The notes below the pieces were generated by a model that saw nothing but the letters and a program-made list of their open reading frames with translations, made no database searches and was not told the origin of the DNA. Source: Clostridia bacterium (GTDB lineage: Bacteria; Bacillota; Clostridia; Oscillospirales; CAG-272). From it: 49,541 bases of DNA. Numbering within the stretch: position 1 is the first letter of the stretch; each line of letters opens with the position of its first letter. This document shows positions 17,815-26,077 of the stretch, piece by piece. Where the stretch lies: contig JAFULU010000283.1 in assembly GCA_017483125.1 (NCBI GenBank), forward strand, positions 1-49,541. Direction: 5' to 3'. The position numbers and the translations under genes were made by a program.

Positions 17815-18000
17815 CTTCAAATGGGAGGTTAGAAGTAATAGTGAAAAGTGAAGAAGTGAGGTGCAAAACCTTCGGTTTTGTCCATTTTATATGATTTAAT
17901 GCAGGAAACCGAAGGTTTCCAACCACACCTATACACTCTTCATTTTTGCCTATTACTTGAATTGCAGTTTGCCGGTCGCAGACCGAAAATGCAATTTACA
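17815..18000. repeat. palindromic element, divergent family member
   Basis: End CTTCAAATGGGAGGTTA (17815-17831). Inverted arms AAGTAATAGTGAAAAGTGAAGAAGTG (17833-17858) and CACTCTTCATTTTTGCCTATTACTT (17934-17958). Mutually complementary core hairpins lie at 17865-17879 and 17904-17920. Right end CGGTCGCAGACCGAAAATGCAATTTACAG (17973-18001) overlaps the stop codon at 17996-17998. Confidence 0.7.
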
Positions 18001-18739
18001 GCACCTTGGCTAAGAAGGTCTTGAGGCGGTCGCTCTTGGGGTTGTCGAACAGCTCGTCGGGCGTCCCCTCCTCGATGATGCGGCCGTCGGCCATGAAGAT
18101 GACGCGGGAGCCGACCTCGCGGGCAAAGCCCATCTCGTGGGTGACCACGATCATGGTCATGCCGTCGTGGGCCAGGGACTTCATGACCTCCAGGACCTCG
18201 CCCACCATCTCGGGGTCGAGGGCGGAGGTAGGCTCGTCGAAGAGCATGACGTCGGGCTGCATACACAGGGCGCGGACGATGGCCACGCGCTGCTTCTGAC
18301 CACCCGAGAGCTGGCTGGGATAGGCACCCGCTCTGTCGGCCAGGCCTACCTTCTCCAGAAGCTCCATGGCCAGGGACTCGGCCTCCTCGCGGGACTTCTT
18401 CAGAAGCTTCATGGGAGCGATGGTCATGTTGCGGAGGATGGTCATGTGGGGGAAGAGGTTGAAGTGCTGGAAGACCATGCCCATCTTTTGGCGATGAAGG
18501 TCCACGTTGGCACCCTTGGCCAGGATGTTATGGCCGTCCACATAGATCTCGCCGCCCGTGGGGATCTCCAAGAGGTTCAGGGAGCGGAGGAAGGTGGACT
18601 TACCGCTGCCCGAGGGGCCGATGACCACCACTACCTCGCCGTGATTGATGACGGCATCCACGCCGTCCAGGGCCTTGATCTTGTCGCCCTTGTAATACTT
18701 CTTGAGTCCGCTGACGCGGATGATCTCATTAGCGCTCAT
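17996..18739 (-). CDS. polar amino-acid ABC transporter ATP-binding protein (GlnQ-like)
   Basis: Walker [10 protein letters not shown], signature LSGGQKQR, Walker [13 protein letters not shown]. 247 aa. Its start overlaps the permease stop by 11 nt. Confidence 0.92.
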   Translation of the reverse strand: MSANEIIRVSGLKKYYKGDKIKALDGVDAVINHGEVVVVIGPSGSGKSTFLRSLNLLEIPTGGEIYVDGHNILAKGANVDLHRQKMGMVFQHFNLFPHMTILRNMTIAPMKLLKKSREEAESLAMELLEKVGLADRAGAYPSQLSGGQKQRVAIVRALCMQPDVMLFDEPTSALDPEMVGEVLEVMKSLAHDGMTMIVVTHEMGFAREVGSRVIFMADGRIIEEGTPDELFDNPKSDRLKTFLAKVL

Positions 18740-19472
18740 TCTTTCGCAGACTCCTTTCCAGAACTCCCACCAGGGCAGTCAGCACCACGACCAACACAAG
18801 GTAGATCAGGGCCACCGCAATGAGGGGCATGAAGGCCGAGAAGGTACGGCCGCGGATGAGGTCGCCCGCCTTGGTCAGATCCATGACGCCCACGTAGCCC
18901 GCGATGGAGGTCTCCTTGAGGAGGACGATGAACTCGTTACACAGGGTGGGGAGCACGCTCTTGAAGACCTGGGGGATGATGATGTAGATCATGGTCCGGA
19001 CGTAGTTGAAGCCCAGGGAGCGTCCCGCCTCGAACTGGCCGTTGTCGATGGACATGATACCGCCGCGCAAAATCTCGGCCACGTAGGCACCCGAGTTGAT
19101 ACCGAAGGCGATGGTGGCGATGAGGATGTCGTTGCGGGAGGAGGCGAAGATGATGAAGTACATGATGAGCAGCTGGACCATGACGGGGGTACCGCGGATG
19201 ACGGTGAGGTACAGCTTGCAGATGCCGTTGATAAAGGTGAAGAGGTAGTAGCCGAAGCCCTTGTGGAGGGCCATGGCCTCGCGGTTCTTGTCGTAGGAGG
19301 AGCGGACCGCCGCCACCACGACGCCCAGCACCACGCCCAGAAGCAGGGCAAAGAGGGTGATGACCAGGGTATTGCGCAGACCCTGCACCAGCCACTTCCA
19401 CATGGCACCGTCAATGAAATTCAATCGGAAGTCTGCCGCCAGATCGGCAAACCATGCTTGTATGCTTTCCAA
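18729..19472 (-). CDS. polar amino-acid ABC transporter permease (HisM/GlnP family)
   Basis: ORF 18729-19505 begins with a TTG that has no RBS. I prefer the in-frame TTG at 19472, preceded by AAGGGGA. Multi-TM with the EAA-like loop ([22 protein letters not shown]). Confidence 0.8.
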   Translation of the reverse strand: MESIQAWFADLAADFRLNFIDGAMWKWLVQGLRNTLVITLFALLLGVVLGVVVAAVRSSYDKNREAMALHKGFGYYLFTFINGICKLYLTVIRGTPVMVQLLIMYFIIFASSRNDILIATIAFGINSGAYVAEILRGGIMSIDNGQFEAGRSLGFNYVRTMIYIIIPQVFKSVLPTLCNEFIVLLKETSIAGYVGVMDLTKAGDLIRGRTFSAFMPLIAVALIYLVLVVVLTALVGVLERSLRKNER

Positions 19473-19502
19473 AGCTTGTTCCCCTTTCGTATTTTGGGTG
19501 TG

Positions 19503-19546
19503 CAAGAAAACAGAGGGAGGAGAGGGAGTACGAGACCCCTCTCCTC
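19503..19546 (-). terminator. intra-operon hairpin/attenuator between the binding-protein and permease genes
   Basis: On the minus strand, GAGGAGAGGG-10-nt loop-CCCTCTCCTC is followed by CCTCTGTTTTCTT. Confidence 0.5.
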
Positions 19547-19572
19547 TCGGTTACGGTTGCAAGCAGTGGCGA

Positions 19573-20421
19573 TTACTGTGCGCCGCCGTCCTTGGGGATG
19601 TACTTGTTGATGATACCGTCGATGGTACCGTCAGCCTTCAGCTCGTCCAGAGCCTTGTTGATCTTGTCCAGCAGCTCGGTGTTGCCCTTGTCCACGCAGA
19701 TGGCGTAGTCCTCAACGGCGTACTCGTTGTCGCCGGCCAGGATGTGGATGCCCTCATTGGCGGCCACGAAGGACTTGGCGGGCTCGTTGTCGATGATGAC
19801 GCAGTCGACCTTACCGCTCTTCAGGGCGGCGACGGCCTCGGCACCGGTCTTGTAGCGGATGACACGGTCGGTCTTGATGGACTCGTCCTCGTTGAGGTCG
19901 TTGAAGCCCCAATCCTTAATGGCGGAGGAGGAGTAGATGTCACCGGTGGTGTCCTGCTGGACGCCGATCTTGATGTCGGGGTTCTTCAGGGAGACGGGGT
20001 CACCGTTCTCGTCGAAGTTCCAGAGGTCGTCCAGGGTGGCGATGGGGGAACCGTCGTTGACGATGATGACCTGGATACCGGTGGCGTAGGTGTTGGAGAA
20101 GTCCATGGACTCCTTACGCTTATCGGTGACGGTGATACCGGCCATACCCATGTCGTACTTGCCCTCGGCCACACCGGTCAGGACGGCACCGAAGTCCACG
20201 TCCACGATCTCCAGCTTCATACCCAGCTTGTCGGCGATGGCGGCGGCGATCTCGGCGTCGATACCGACGATCTTGTCACCGTCCTTGTACTCGTAGGGAG
20301 GGAATGCGGCGTTGGTAGCCATAACCAGAGTGTTCTCGTCCTTCTTGTCGCAGGAAGCGAACAGGCAGACGGCACTCACCAGCATACAAAGAGCCATGAG
20401 AACCGCAATCAGCTTTTTCAT
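19573..20421 (-). CDS. amino-acid ABC transporter substrate-binding lipoprotein
   Basis: MKKLIAVLMALCMLVSAVCLFASC contains a lipobox. SBP_bac_3-like body. GAAGGAGA lies 7 nt upstream of the ATG at 20421. Confidence 0.88.
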   Translation of the reverse strand: MKKLIAVLMALCMLVSAVCLFASCDKKDENTLVMATNAAFPPYEYKDGDKIVGIDAEIAAAIADKLGMKLEIVDVDFGAVLTGVAEGKYDMGMAGITVTDKRKESMDFSNTYATGIQVIIVNDGSPIATLDDLWNFDENGDPVSLKNPDIKIGVQQDTTGDIYSSSAIKDWGFNDLNEDESIKTDRVIRYKTGAEAVAALKSGKVDCVIIDNEPAKSFVAANEGIHILAGDNEYAVEDYAICVDKGNTELLDKINKALDELKADGTIDGIINKYIPKDGGAQ

Positions 20422-20471
20422 GATAAGAATCTCCTTCATAATGAATATTGTGCATAAAAATGCGTGGTACT

Positions 20472-20500
20472 ATTATAGCACAAACCCTCTTTTTTTGCAA
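20472..20500 (-). promoter_or_regulatory. sigma-A type promoter for the amino-acid ABC operon
   Basis: Minus strand reads TTGCAA-aaaaagagggtttgtgc-TATAAT (17-nt spacer, TGc extended -10). Confidence 0.65.
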
Positions 20501-20516
20501 TTGTCAATATAAACCA

Positions 20517-20545
20517 AAGGAGCGAAAACTTTTTCGCCCCTTTTG
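20517..20545 (-). terminator. intrinsic terminator after the ARH-fusion gene
   Basis: Minus strand reads GGGGCGAAAA-AG-TTTTCGCTCC followed by TTTGGTTTAT. Confidence 0.7.
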
Positions 20546-20611
20546 TGTCATATGTTACAAATATTCAATTATGCACACGGATATGCAAAAATCAGTTTTT
20601 TGCGTTATCCA

Positions 20612-22582
20612 TCAAGGCTTCTTGAAGCACAGGGGATTGACCGAGCCGTAGTGGGTGATGTGGGTGGCGCAGGTGGCTCCCTCGGAGAAGATGAGGTTGT
20701 ATTTGGCATCGGCGTTGACCCTTGTGAGACGGAGAACCACGGTATTGACACCCTCGCGGATGTGAATATTCTGCACGTGGACGTTCTCGGCGTCCCAGGT
20801 GTCGCAGGTGTCCCGCTCGCAGACCAGCTGGCCGTTGATATACAGGGCGAAGGGGGACGAGTGACCCATCTGGACGCAGACCGTCTCCTCTGCGGGGGAG
20901 ATCAGCTGACGGACGAGATAGCAGACCGAGGGGGCGGAGAAGCCGTAGATATCGTCAAGGCGGAAGCTGTCCTCTCGTTGGGAGAAGATGGTCTCCTCGT
21001 ACTTGGTATCGGCGGCGGGGTCCAGGGGGGCGTACAGCTCCTCGGCGGAGAGGTAGGGGGTAGTGGTATCCGCCGCCATATTGAGGTGGAAGCGGCGGAC
21101 GATGTCGGTGGAGTCCCCCTTGTAGCGGTAGCCCGCGGTCATGAGGTGCCAGTAGTTGGGGACCTTTTGGAGCTTTTCGGTGGTGCAAACGGGGTCGGTG
21201 CGCCAGATGGGGCCGATGGCCTTCCAGGGGGTGGCTCCGCAGAGACCGAAGGTGTAGGTGTAGGCTTTCCCGTTCAGGGTATATTCGACGGTATAGAGAT
21301 TGGTTTCGGGCAGCACGGGCAGATCGGCGGGAAGAGTCACGGTCAGGGAAAGCTCGGCCATCTCGGTTCGATCCAGCGCGGTCTCCCCGCAGACGTCCAG
21401 ACAGAGACCCTTGACACGGTAGGCAAGGCGGTAGTCCTCGGTCGTGGAATTGCCGAAGCAGAGGGCAAGGGTCTTGGTCTCACCCAGGGCGATGGAGCAG
21501 TCGGGGCGGCCGTCGGAGAAGGCGGGGTACTCCACCCACACCGCCACGGGGTCGGGGGTCTCATAGCTGTAGGTCTTGACCTCACCGCCCTCGATGAGGT
21601 CGGGGTTCCAGCTCTTGCCCAGGAGGGCGATATCCTCGGAGAAATCGAAGACGCTGTCGCTGCGGCGGTCGGACTTGACCCCCAGCACGAACTTGATGTC
21701 CCCCCAGCCGTACTCGGCCTGCAGAGACTTCGCGCCGCGGATAATGCCGATGACCGCTCCCGCGGTGGCGCAGGTGCAGTCGGTGTCAAAGCCGCAATTG
21801 AGGGCGTCCATGCCCGTCTTGATCTCGTCCAGGTTGCCCTTTAGGAGGGCGGTCAGGGTGATGCCGATGTTCTGGAAGAGGTTGGTGCAGTCGGGGTGGC
21901 CGTACTTGTGGAGGATCTTGCGGAGGATGCGCTTGACGTCGTCGTACTGACGGCACCAGGCCACGGTGTCGGTGACCAGTCGGTAGAACTTACTGTCGGG
22001 CTTGACCACCGACAGGCCTACGTTGATGAGATCGTAGAGGTCGCAGGTGGTCTCGTCCACCCCGAAGGCGGCGGATTCCAGAGCGGCGAAGAACCGCTCG
22101 CCCTGCACCGAGTCGCCCCAGTGATCCAGCACGCCGTCGCGGGTGGCGAATTCGGCGGCCTTCCACGGATCGAGGGGGGCGAGGCAGGCCCAGATCTCGG
22201 AGCGGATGGGACAGCCCATGCCGCTGATGTAGAAGTCATTGGAGAACGCACCCGAGGCGGGGGCGTGGATGCCGCGGGTCCAGTTCTTGCGCATGACGGC
22301 GTACTCGCCGGGGGAGTAGTCGCAGTAGTTTACGAAGCGGTGGAGGAGCTGATCCGAGGTGAAGTCGGGGCCGTACTGCTCGGCCACGTCCAGCCACAGG
22401 ACTTGCAGGTCGAGATCATCGTTGGGGAGCATGGTATTGACCATCTCGGGCTTGAAGGGCAGCTCCAGGGGCATCTTGATGCCCTCGTAGGGCGCGCCCA
22501 GGGTACCGATGACGGTCTTGCCGAGGAAGCAACCGTAGATCTTGTCGAGGTAGGTGGAATAGGACAGCTTTCGTTGATTCAT
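20612..22582 (-). CDS. ADP-ribosylglycohydrolase-family protein fused to a roughly 320-aa C-terminal beta-sandwich-like region
   Basis: The N-terminal ~330 aa match the ARH/DraG fold pattern (YGCFLGKTVIGTLGAPYEG, DDLDLQ, and the DTDCTCATAGAVIG metal-site motif). The C-terminal half (…FALYINGQLV…VVLRLTRVNADAKYNLIF) resembles carbohydrate-enzyme accessory domains, recalled from memory. Confidence 0.75.
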   Translation of the reverse strand: MNQRKLSYSTYLDKIYGCFLGKTVIGTLGAPYEGIKMPLELPFKPEMVNTMLPNDDLDLQVLWLDVAEQYGPDFTSDQLLHRFVNYCDYSPGEYAVMRKNWTRGIHAPASGAFSNDFYISGMGCPIRSEIWACLAPLDPWKAAEFATRDGVLDHWGDSVQGERFFAALESAAFGVDETTCDLYDLINVGLSVVKPDSKFYRLVTDTVAWCRQYDDVKRILRKILHKYGHPDCTNLFQNIGITLTALLKGNLDEIKTGMDALNCGFDTDCTCATAGAVIGIIRGAKSLQAEYGWGDIKFVLGVKSDRRSDSVFDFSEDIALLGKSWNPDLIEGGEVKTYSYETPDPVAVWVEYPAFSDGRPDCSIALGETKTLALCFGNSTTEDYRLAYRVKGLCLDVCGETALDRTEMAELSLTVTLPADLPVLPETNLYTVEYTLNGKAYTYTFGLCGATPWKAIGPIWRTDPVCTTEKLQKVPNYWHLMTAGYRYKGDSTDIVRRFHLNMAADTTTPYLSAEELYAPLDPAADTKYEETIFSQREDSFRLDDIYGFSAPSVCYLVRQLISPAEETVCVQMGHSSPFALYINGQLVCERDTCDTWDAENVHVQNIHIREGVNTVVLRLTRVNADAKYNLIFSEGATCATHITHYGSVNPLCFKKP

Positions 22583-22594
22583 GATCGTATCCTT

Positions 22595-23521
22595 TCAGGT
22601 GTTCTTTTTGGGTTTCAGGAAATCCAAGAAGGATCTTTTTTGGGGCTTCTCCTCCGCTCTCGCCAGGGTGATGGCCTCGATGAGGGAGGTGTCCGCATTG
22701 GAGTTGGGAACATTGACCGAGAAGAAGATGCTGCTGTTGCACCGGCGGGGGACCATGATCGGTCTTCGGTCGCGGCCGATGATCTGAAAATCCCGCTTTT
22801 TGAAGTAGAACAAGCTGCTCTCGCAAAAGAAGAAGCCGTTTCCGTCCTCGCTATGGGCCCAGCCCACCGAGGAAAGCTCCTCCATGGTGGGGCACTCGTC
22901 AAAGATCTTGCCGTACAGCTGGAAAATGATCCAATGGTCGGCCACCTCGGGGACCACCTTGGACCGGTAGGAGATGTCGTCCTTGGCCTTCCGCATCACG
23001 ACGTATTTGCCGTCGCAGGCCTTGAAGAAGGCCTCGTCGAAGTGGGTCTTTTTTCCGTACATTTCGGGGATATAGGGCTTGTCGGCAGTTTTCAGCCGAA
23101 AGGCCACCACGTCCCCCACCTCGAAGACCGACTCCAGGTTCAGCTTGATCCGGATCTTCTTTTTCTCCCCTTGGGGGGACAGGAGCTTTTCGCGGAACTC
23201 GGCCAGCGCCTTTTTTCGTTTCTGTAGGGTCTTTTCATCCTCCGCCCACAGCTCCAGGCCGAAGTCCTCGTCGATCATTTGGACGGCGCGGTCGCGGACG
23301 TCGTCGGTGAGGATGCCCTTGCGCCACATGAAATCCGCCAGAGAGTAGTAGTAGTTGCACCACTCCTCCTCGTCGGACTCGCGGCAGATGTGGGTGCGGA
23401 CGTAGGCGTCCAGCTTCTCCAGGGCGGTCTCCACGTCGTAGTAGTAGAAGGCGGCCTGGTATTCGTATTTCAGGTCTTGGGCGGTATCGTTGCCCGTGAT
23501 GCTGACGTTCCATGCGCCCAT
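22595..23521 (-). CDS. hypothetical protein with a DUF4259-like N-terminus
   Basis: ATG at 23521 with AAAGGAG upstream. MGAWNVSITGNDTAQDL resembles the MGAWG..DND.A.D start of DUF4259 proteins (from memory, unverified). Its stop lies 12 nt before the ARH gene start and overlaps that gene's RBS. Confidence 0.45.
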   Translation of the reverse strand: MGAWNVSITGNDTAQDLKYEYQAAFYYYDVETALEKLDAYVRTHICRESDEEEWCNYYYSLADFMWRKGILTDDVRDRAVQMIDEDFGLELWAEDEKTLQKRKKALAEFREKLLSPQGEKKKIRIKLNLESVFEVGDVVAFRLKTADKPYIPEMYGKKTHFDEAFFKACDGKYVVMRKAKDDISYRSKVVPEVADHWIIFQLYGKIFDECPTMEELSSVGWAHSEDGNGFFFCESSLFYFKKRDFQIIGRDRRPIMVPRRCNSSIFFSVNVPNSNADTSLIEAITLARAEEKPQKRSFLDFLKPKKNT

Positions 23522-23546
23522 GGGAGGCTCCTTTCGGGAATGCAAA

Positions 23547-23581
23547 ATTTAAAATGCAAAATGCAAGATCAAGAAACGGGG
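23547..23581. repeat. truncated A-type heptamer array
   Basis: GAATGCAAAATTTAAAATGCAAAATGCAAGATCAAGAAACGGGG parallels the left arm plus core start of the 9691-9735 copy (…AAATGCAAAATCAAGGAACGAGAG). There is no matching inverse arm. Confidence 0.6.
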
Positions 23582-23582
23582 G

Positions 23583-23930
23583 TTAAATTTGGGTTTATCG
23601 GTGGGTTTGCTACCCGTAGCGAATCGCGAATTACTATGTACGCGTTCTCCCTCACCCGCCTGCGGGTGGGAGCTCCCTCCCGGAGGGAGCCTTGGGGCGC
23701 GGGGCAAAATCACTTATCGGGCAACAGATTTCCGCGGGGCAAGGTATGAGGCCCCCTCCGGGAGGGGTAGCGAAGCGGCAACGCGGTAGTGAATGGCCGC
23801 CTGTGGCGGGCAGAGCCGCGTTGTGACCGACCCGCAGGGAGACCTCCCGCGAAGCGGTGGGGGAGCCTGCGTACATCGGGACCATGATATTCTTTCGGTT
23901 TTTCAAACCAACCGCTAAATGGCAATTTAC
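23583..23930. repeat. 348-bp TIR-bounded element with a GC-rich, multiply nested hairpin core (candidate structured RNA or MITE)
   Basis: Left end TTAAATTTGGGTTTATCGGTGGGTTTG. Right end CAAACCAACCGCTAAATGGCAATTTAC (23904-23930) is its imperfect inverse. A long-range stem pairs 23636-23659 with 23854-23876, and several helices nest inside. Confidence 0.6.
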
Positions 23931-23937
23931 AGGTTTC

Positions 23938-25887
23938 TCACTCGTACATCGCCAGCATCTTATCCAAGTGCTTGAGGAACTGGGCGGGTCTGGCCTTGAT
24001 GAAGGTCTCGATGCGCTGGGCGGCCTTGCGCCAGCTGCGGGCGTCCGAGATCATGCTGTGGCTGTAACCCGACCAGCGGTCGATGTGGTCGCCCATGATG
24101 GGGTAGGCTTGATCGTAGGCGGTTTGGTAGAGGTCCATCAGGTAGGCGTTGGCCTCCTCGGAGGCGAGGGTGCGGCAGAGCTCGGCGAAGTCGGCGCGGA
24201 AGGCGTCGTCCCGCATGAGGAAGGCGAAAAGGCCCTGGAGGTAGAGGGCGTCGTTGTACTGCTGTCGGTCGCCGTAGCCCTCCACGTAGTTGGAGAGCAC
24301 CCACTCGAACATATCCACCGTGGGGGTTGTCTCGATCTCGGGGAGGGGCGCGCCCTTATCGTAGCGGTTCATGGTGAAGTCCATGTCGCGGGTGGCGAAG
24401 CGCCATTTGCCATCAGTGATGGCGATACCGTCCATGGGAGCACCCGTATACCGCCAGACACGGATGTTGTTGTGGGGCCAGTCGGTGTTCACGAGGTAGC
24501 AGGCGGCGGCCATGTATTCCAGGGCGTTGCGGAGATCCAGCTTGGATTCCACCTCGGCGAAGATCTTGCGGTACTCGGCCTCCGAGGCGTTCACAGCCCC
24601 CGCGGCCTTCTTGCAGAGGGCGATCCAGTCCTTCATCTCCTTCTGGGCGGCGGCCTCGGAGTCGGTCTCGTAGAAGAACCAGGAGCCGCAGAAGCGGCAT
24701 TCTCCCGCGTTTCTGTGATCTCCGCAGGCGCGGGTGGTATCCAGCTCGGACTTCACCACCACCACGTCGTTGTCGTCCACGCCGTAGAGCCGCTTGATGT
24801 AGTCCTCGTTCTGGTTCTCGCGGAGCTCCAGGATGCCGTAGTACTCGCCGTTGAGGTAGACCACGGCGAAGTGTGCGTAGGACATCTGGACGTTCGGGGC
24901 GTACTTGGCGATGAATTCGTTGGCGATGCCGTCGCGGAGGAGGGTGGGGCGGTCGGGGTCGGCGGCGGTGGAAAGGAGGGCGTCGTTACCGCCGTTGCGG
25001 AGGATGAGGCCGTCGTACTTGTCCAGCACCTTCCCCGCGTTCTTACCCGCGATGACGGTGCGCTCGGGGAAGAAGGGGTAGGTGAAGGTGCCCAGACCCA
25101 CGTAGGGCTCCTCACCGAAGTAGCCGTCTTTGCGGGCGATGATCTTGAAGGATTTCTGGGACAGGGCGCGGGAGGAGCCGCCGAAGAGGCGAAGACCCAC
25201 GTCCTGGGAGATGATACGGGTGCCGTCGGGGGCCAGGATCTCGGCGTGGGCGGCCCGCTCCACCTTGGCGTGGACGTCGCGGTACATGGCCTTGAGATCG
25301 TCCTCGTCGCAGGTGAGCATGACGGTGTAGTGGAGGCCCGCCTCGGCTTTGGCGGAGATATAGGTGTGGGTGATGACCTGGCCCGTCAGCTTGCCGTCGG
25401 CGTCAAAGCAGGCGGCGCGGATGGTCATGCCCTCCCCCTTGTCGGCGGCGATCTTAATGGCTTCCTTATACTCGGTGGAGCGCTTGGTGGGGACGGATCC
25501 GTCGGTGGTGTAGCGGACGGTATAGCCCTCGGGGGCGGTGATCTCCACGGTCTTGGCGCGGGCGGTGTAGAGACCGCCTACCTCCGAGAAGGTGGGGTAG
25601 ACCTCCGCCAGAGGGGAGCCGTCACCGATGAGGGAATCGGGGGCCTCGGGGGTGGAGGGCTTGTCGGTCTCGGCAGGATCGGTGGGAGCCTCGGGATCGG
25701 CGGGAGTGGTACCGTCGGGGAGGGTCAGATCGCCGCCGTTTTCGGGGGCTTGGGTCGTTGCGTCGGCGGGGTCTGTATCGGAGGGGCCATGGGTCTTGTC
25801 ACAGGCGGTCAGCCCCGCTGTACCCAAAAGAAGGAGCGCCAGCAGGAGGGCGGCGGCGCGGGTAGTAAGATTTCTCGGATGATTCAT
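23938..25887 (-). CDS. CotH kinase-family lipoprotein with an N-terminal chitobiase/Fn3-like domain
   Basis: Lipobox LTAC. CotH-type motifs LRLFGGSSRALSQKSFKI, LILRNGGND and YLNGEYYGILELRENQNEDY. 649 aa. Confidence 0.7.
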   Translation of the reverse strand: MNHPRNLTTRAAALLLALLLLGTAGLTACDKTHGPSDTDPADATTQAPENGGDLTLPDGTTPADPEAPTDPAETDKPSTPEAPDSLIGDGSPLAEVYPTFSEVGGLYTARAKTVEITAPEGYTVRYTTDGSVPTKRSTEYKEAIKIAADKGEGMTIRAACFDADGKLTGQVITHTYISAKAEAGLHYTVMLTCDEDDLKAMYRDVHAKVERAAHAEILAPDGTRIISQDVGLRLFGGSSRALSQKSFKIIARKDGYFGEEPYVGLGTFTYPFFPERTVIAGKNAGKVLDKYDGLILRNGGNDALLSTAADPDRPTLLRDGIANEFIAKYAPNVQMSYAHFAVVYLNGEYYGILELRENQNEDYIKRLYGVDDNDVVVVKSELDTTRACGDHRNAGECRFCGSWFFYETDSEAAAQKEMKDWIALCKKAAGAVNASEAEYRKIFAEVESKLDLRNALEYMAAACYLVNTDWPHNNIRVWRYTGAPMDGIAITDGKWRFATRDMDFTMNRYDKGAPLPEIETTPTVDMFEWVLSNYVEGYGDRQQYNDALYLQGLFAFLMRDDAFRADFAELCRTLASEEANAYLMDLYQTAYDQAYPIMGDHIDRWSGYSHSMISDARSWRKAAQRIETFIKARPAQFLKHLDKMLAMYE

Positions 25888-26003
25888 GGTGGAGTCTTAC
25901 CTTTCCACATAGATTTTCAGTTTATTATACCACATATACGCGGTCATTTTGGTGACGGAATTGAAAACATTTAGAAAACATGATAAAAAATAGGGCATTT
26001 TGA

Positions 26004-26032
26004 TTGACTTTTTTGGAAAAATATCTTATAAT
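26004..26032 (+). promoter_or_regulatory. sigma-A type promoter for the DUF5722-like gene
   Basis: TTGACT-tttttggaaaaatatct-TATAAT with a 17-nt spacer. The leader contains GATGGTG...CACCATC, which could pair across the RBS. Confidence 0.65.
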
Positions 26033-26077
26033 GATGGTGGCAGACCATGCCAATACTGAAAAAGGACGGACACCATC

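Noticed and set aside
23583-23930. Known structured RNAs (RNase P, tmRNA, SRP, 6S, group II intron domain V, T-box, cobalamin/SAM/c-di-GMP riboswitches) as an explanation for the GC-rich hairpin region
   Set aside because: I could not find any diagnostic core sequence, such as GGAAAGUCCGG for RNase P, a tRNA-like end plus tag ORF for tmRNA, a T-box motif or a B12 box. The termini match the local repeat family instead. This still needs an Rfam scan.
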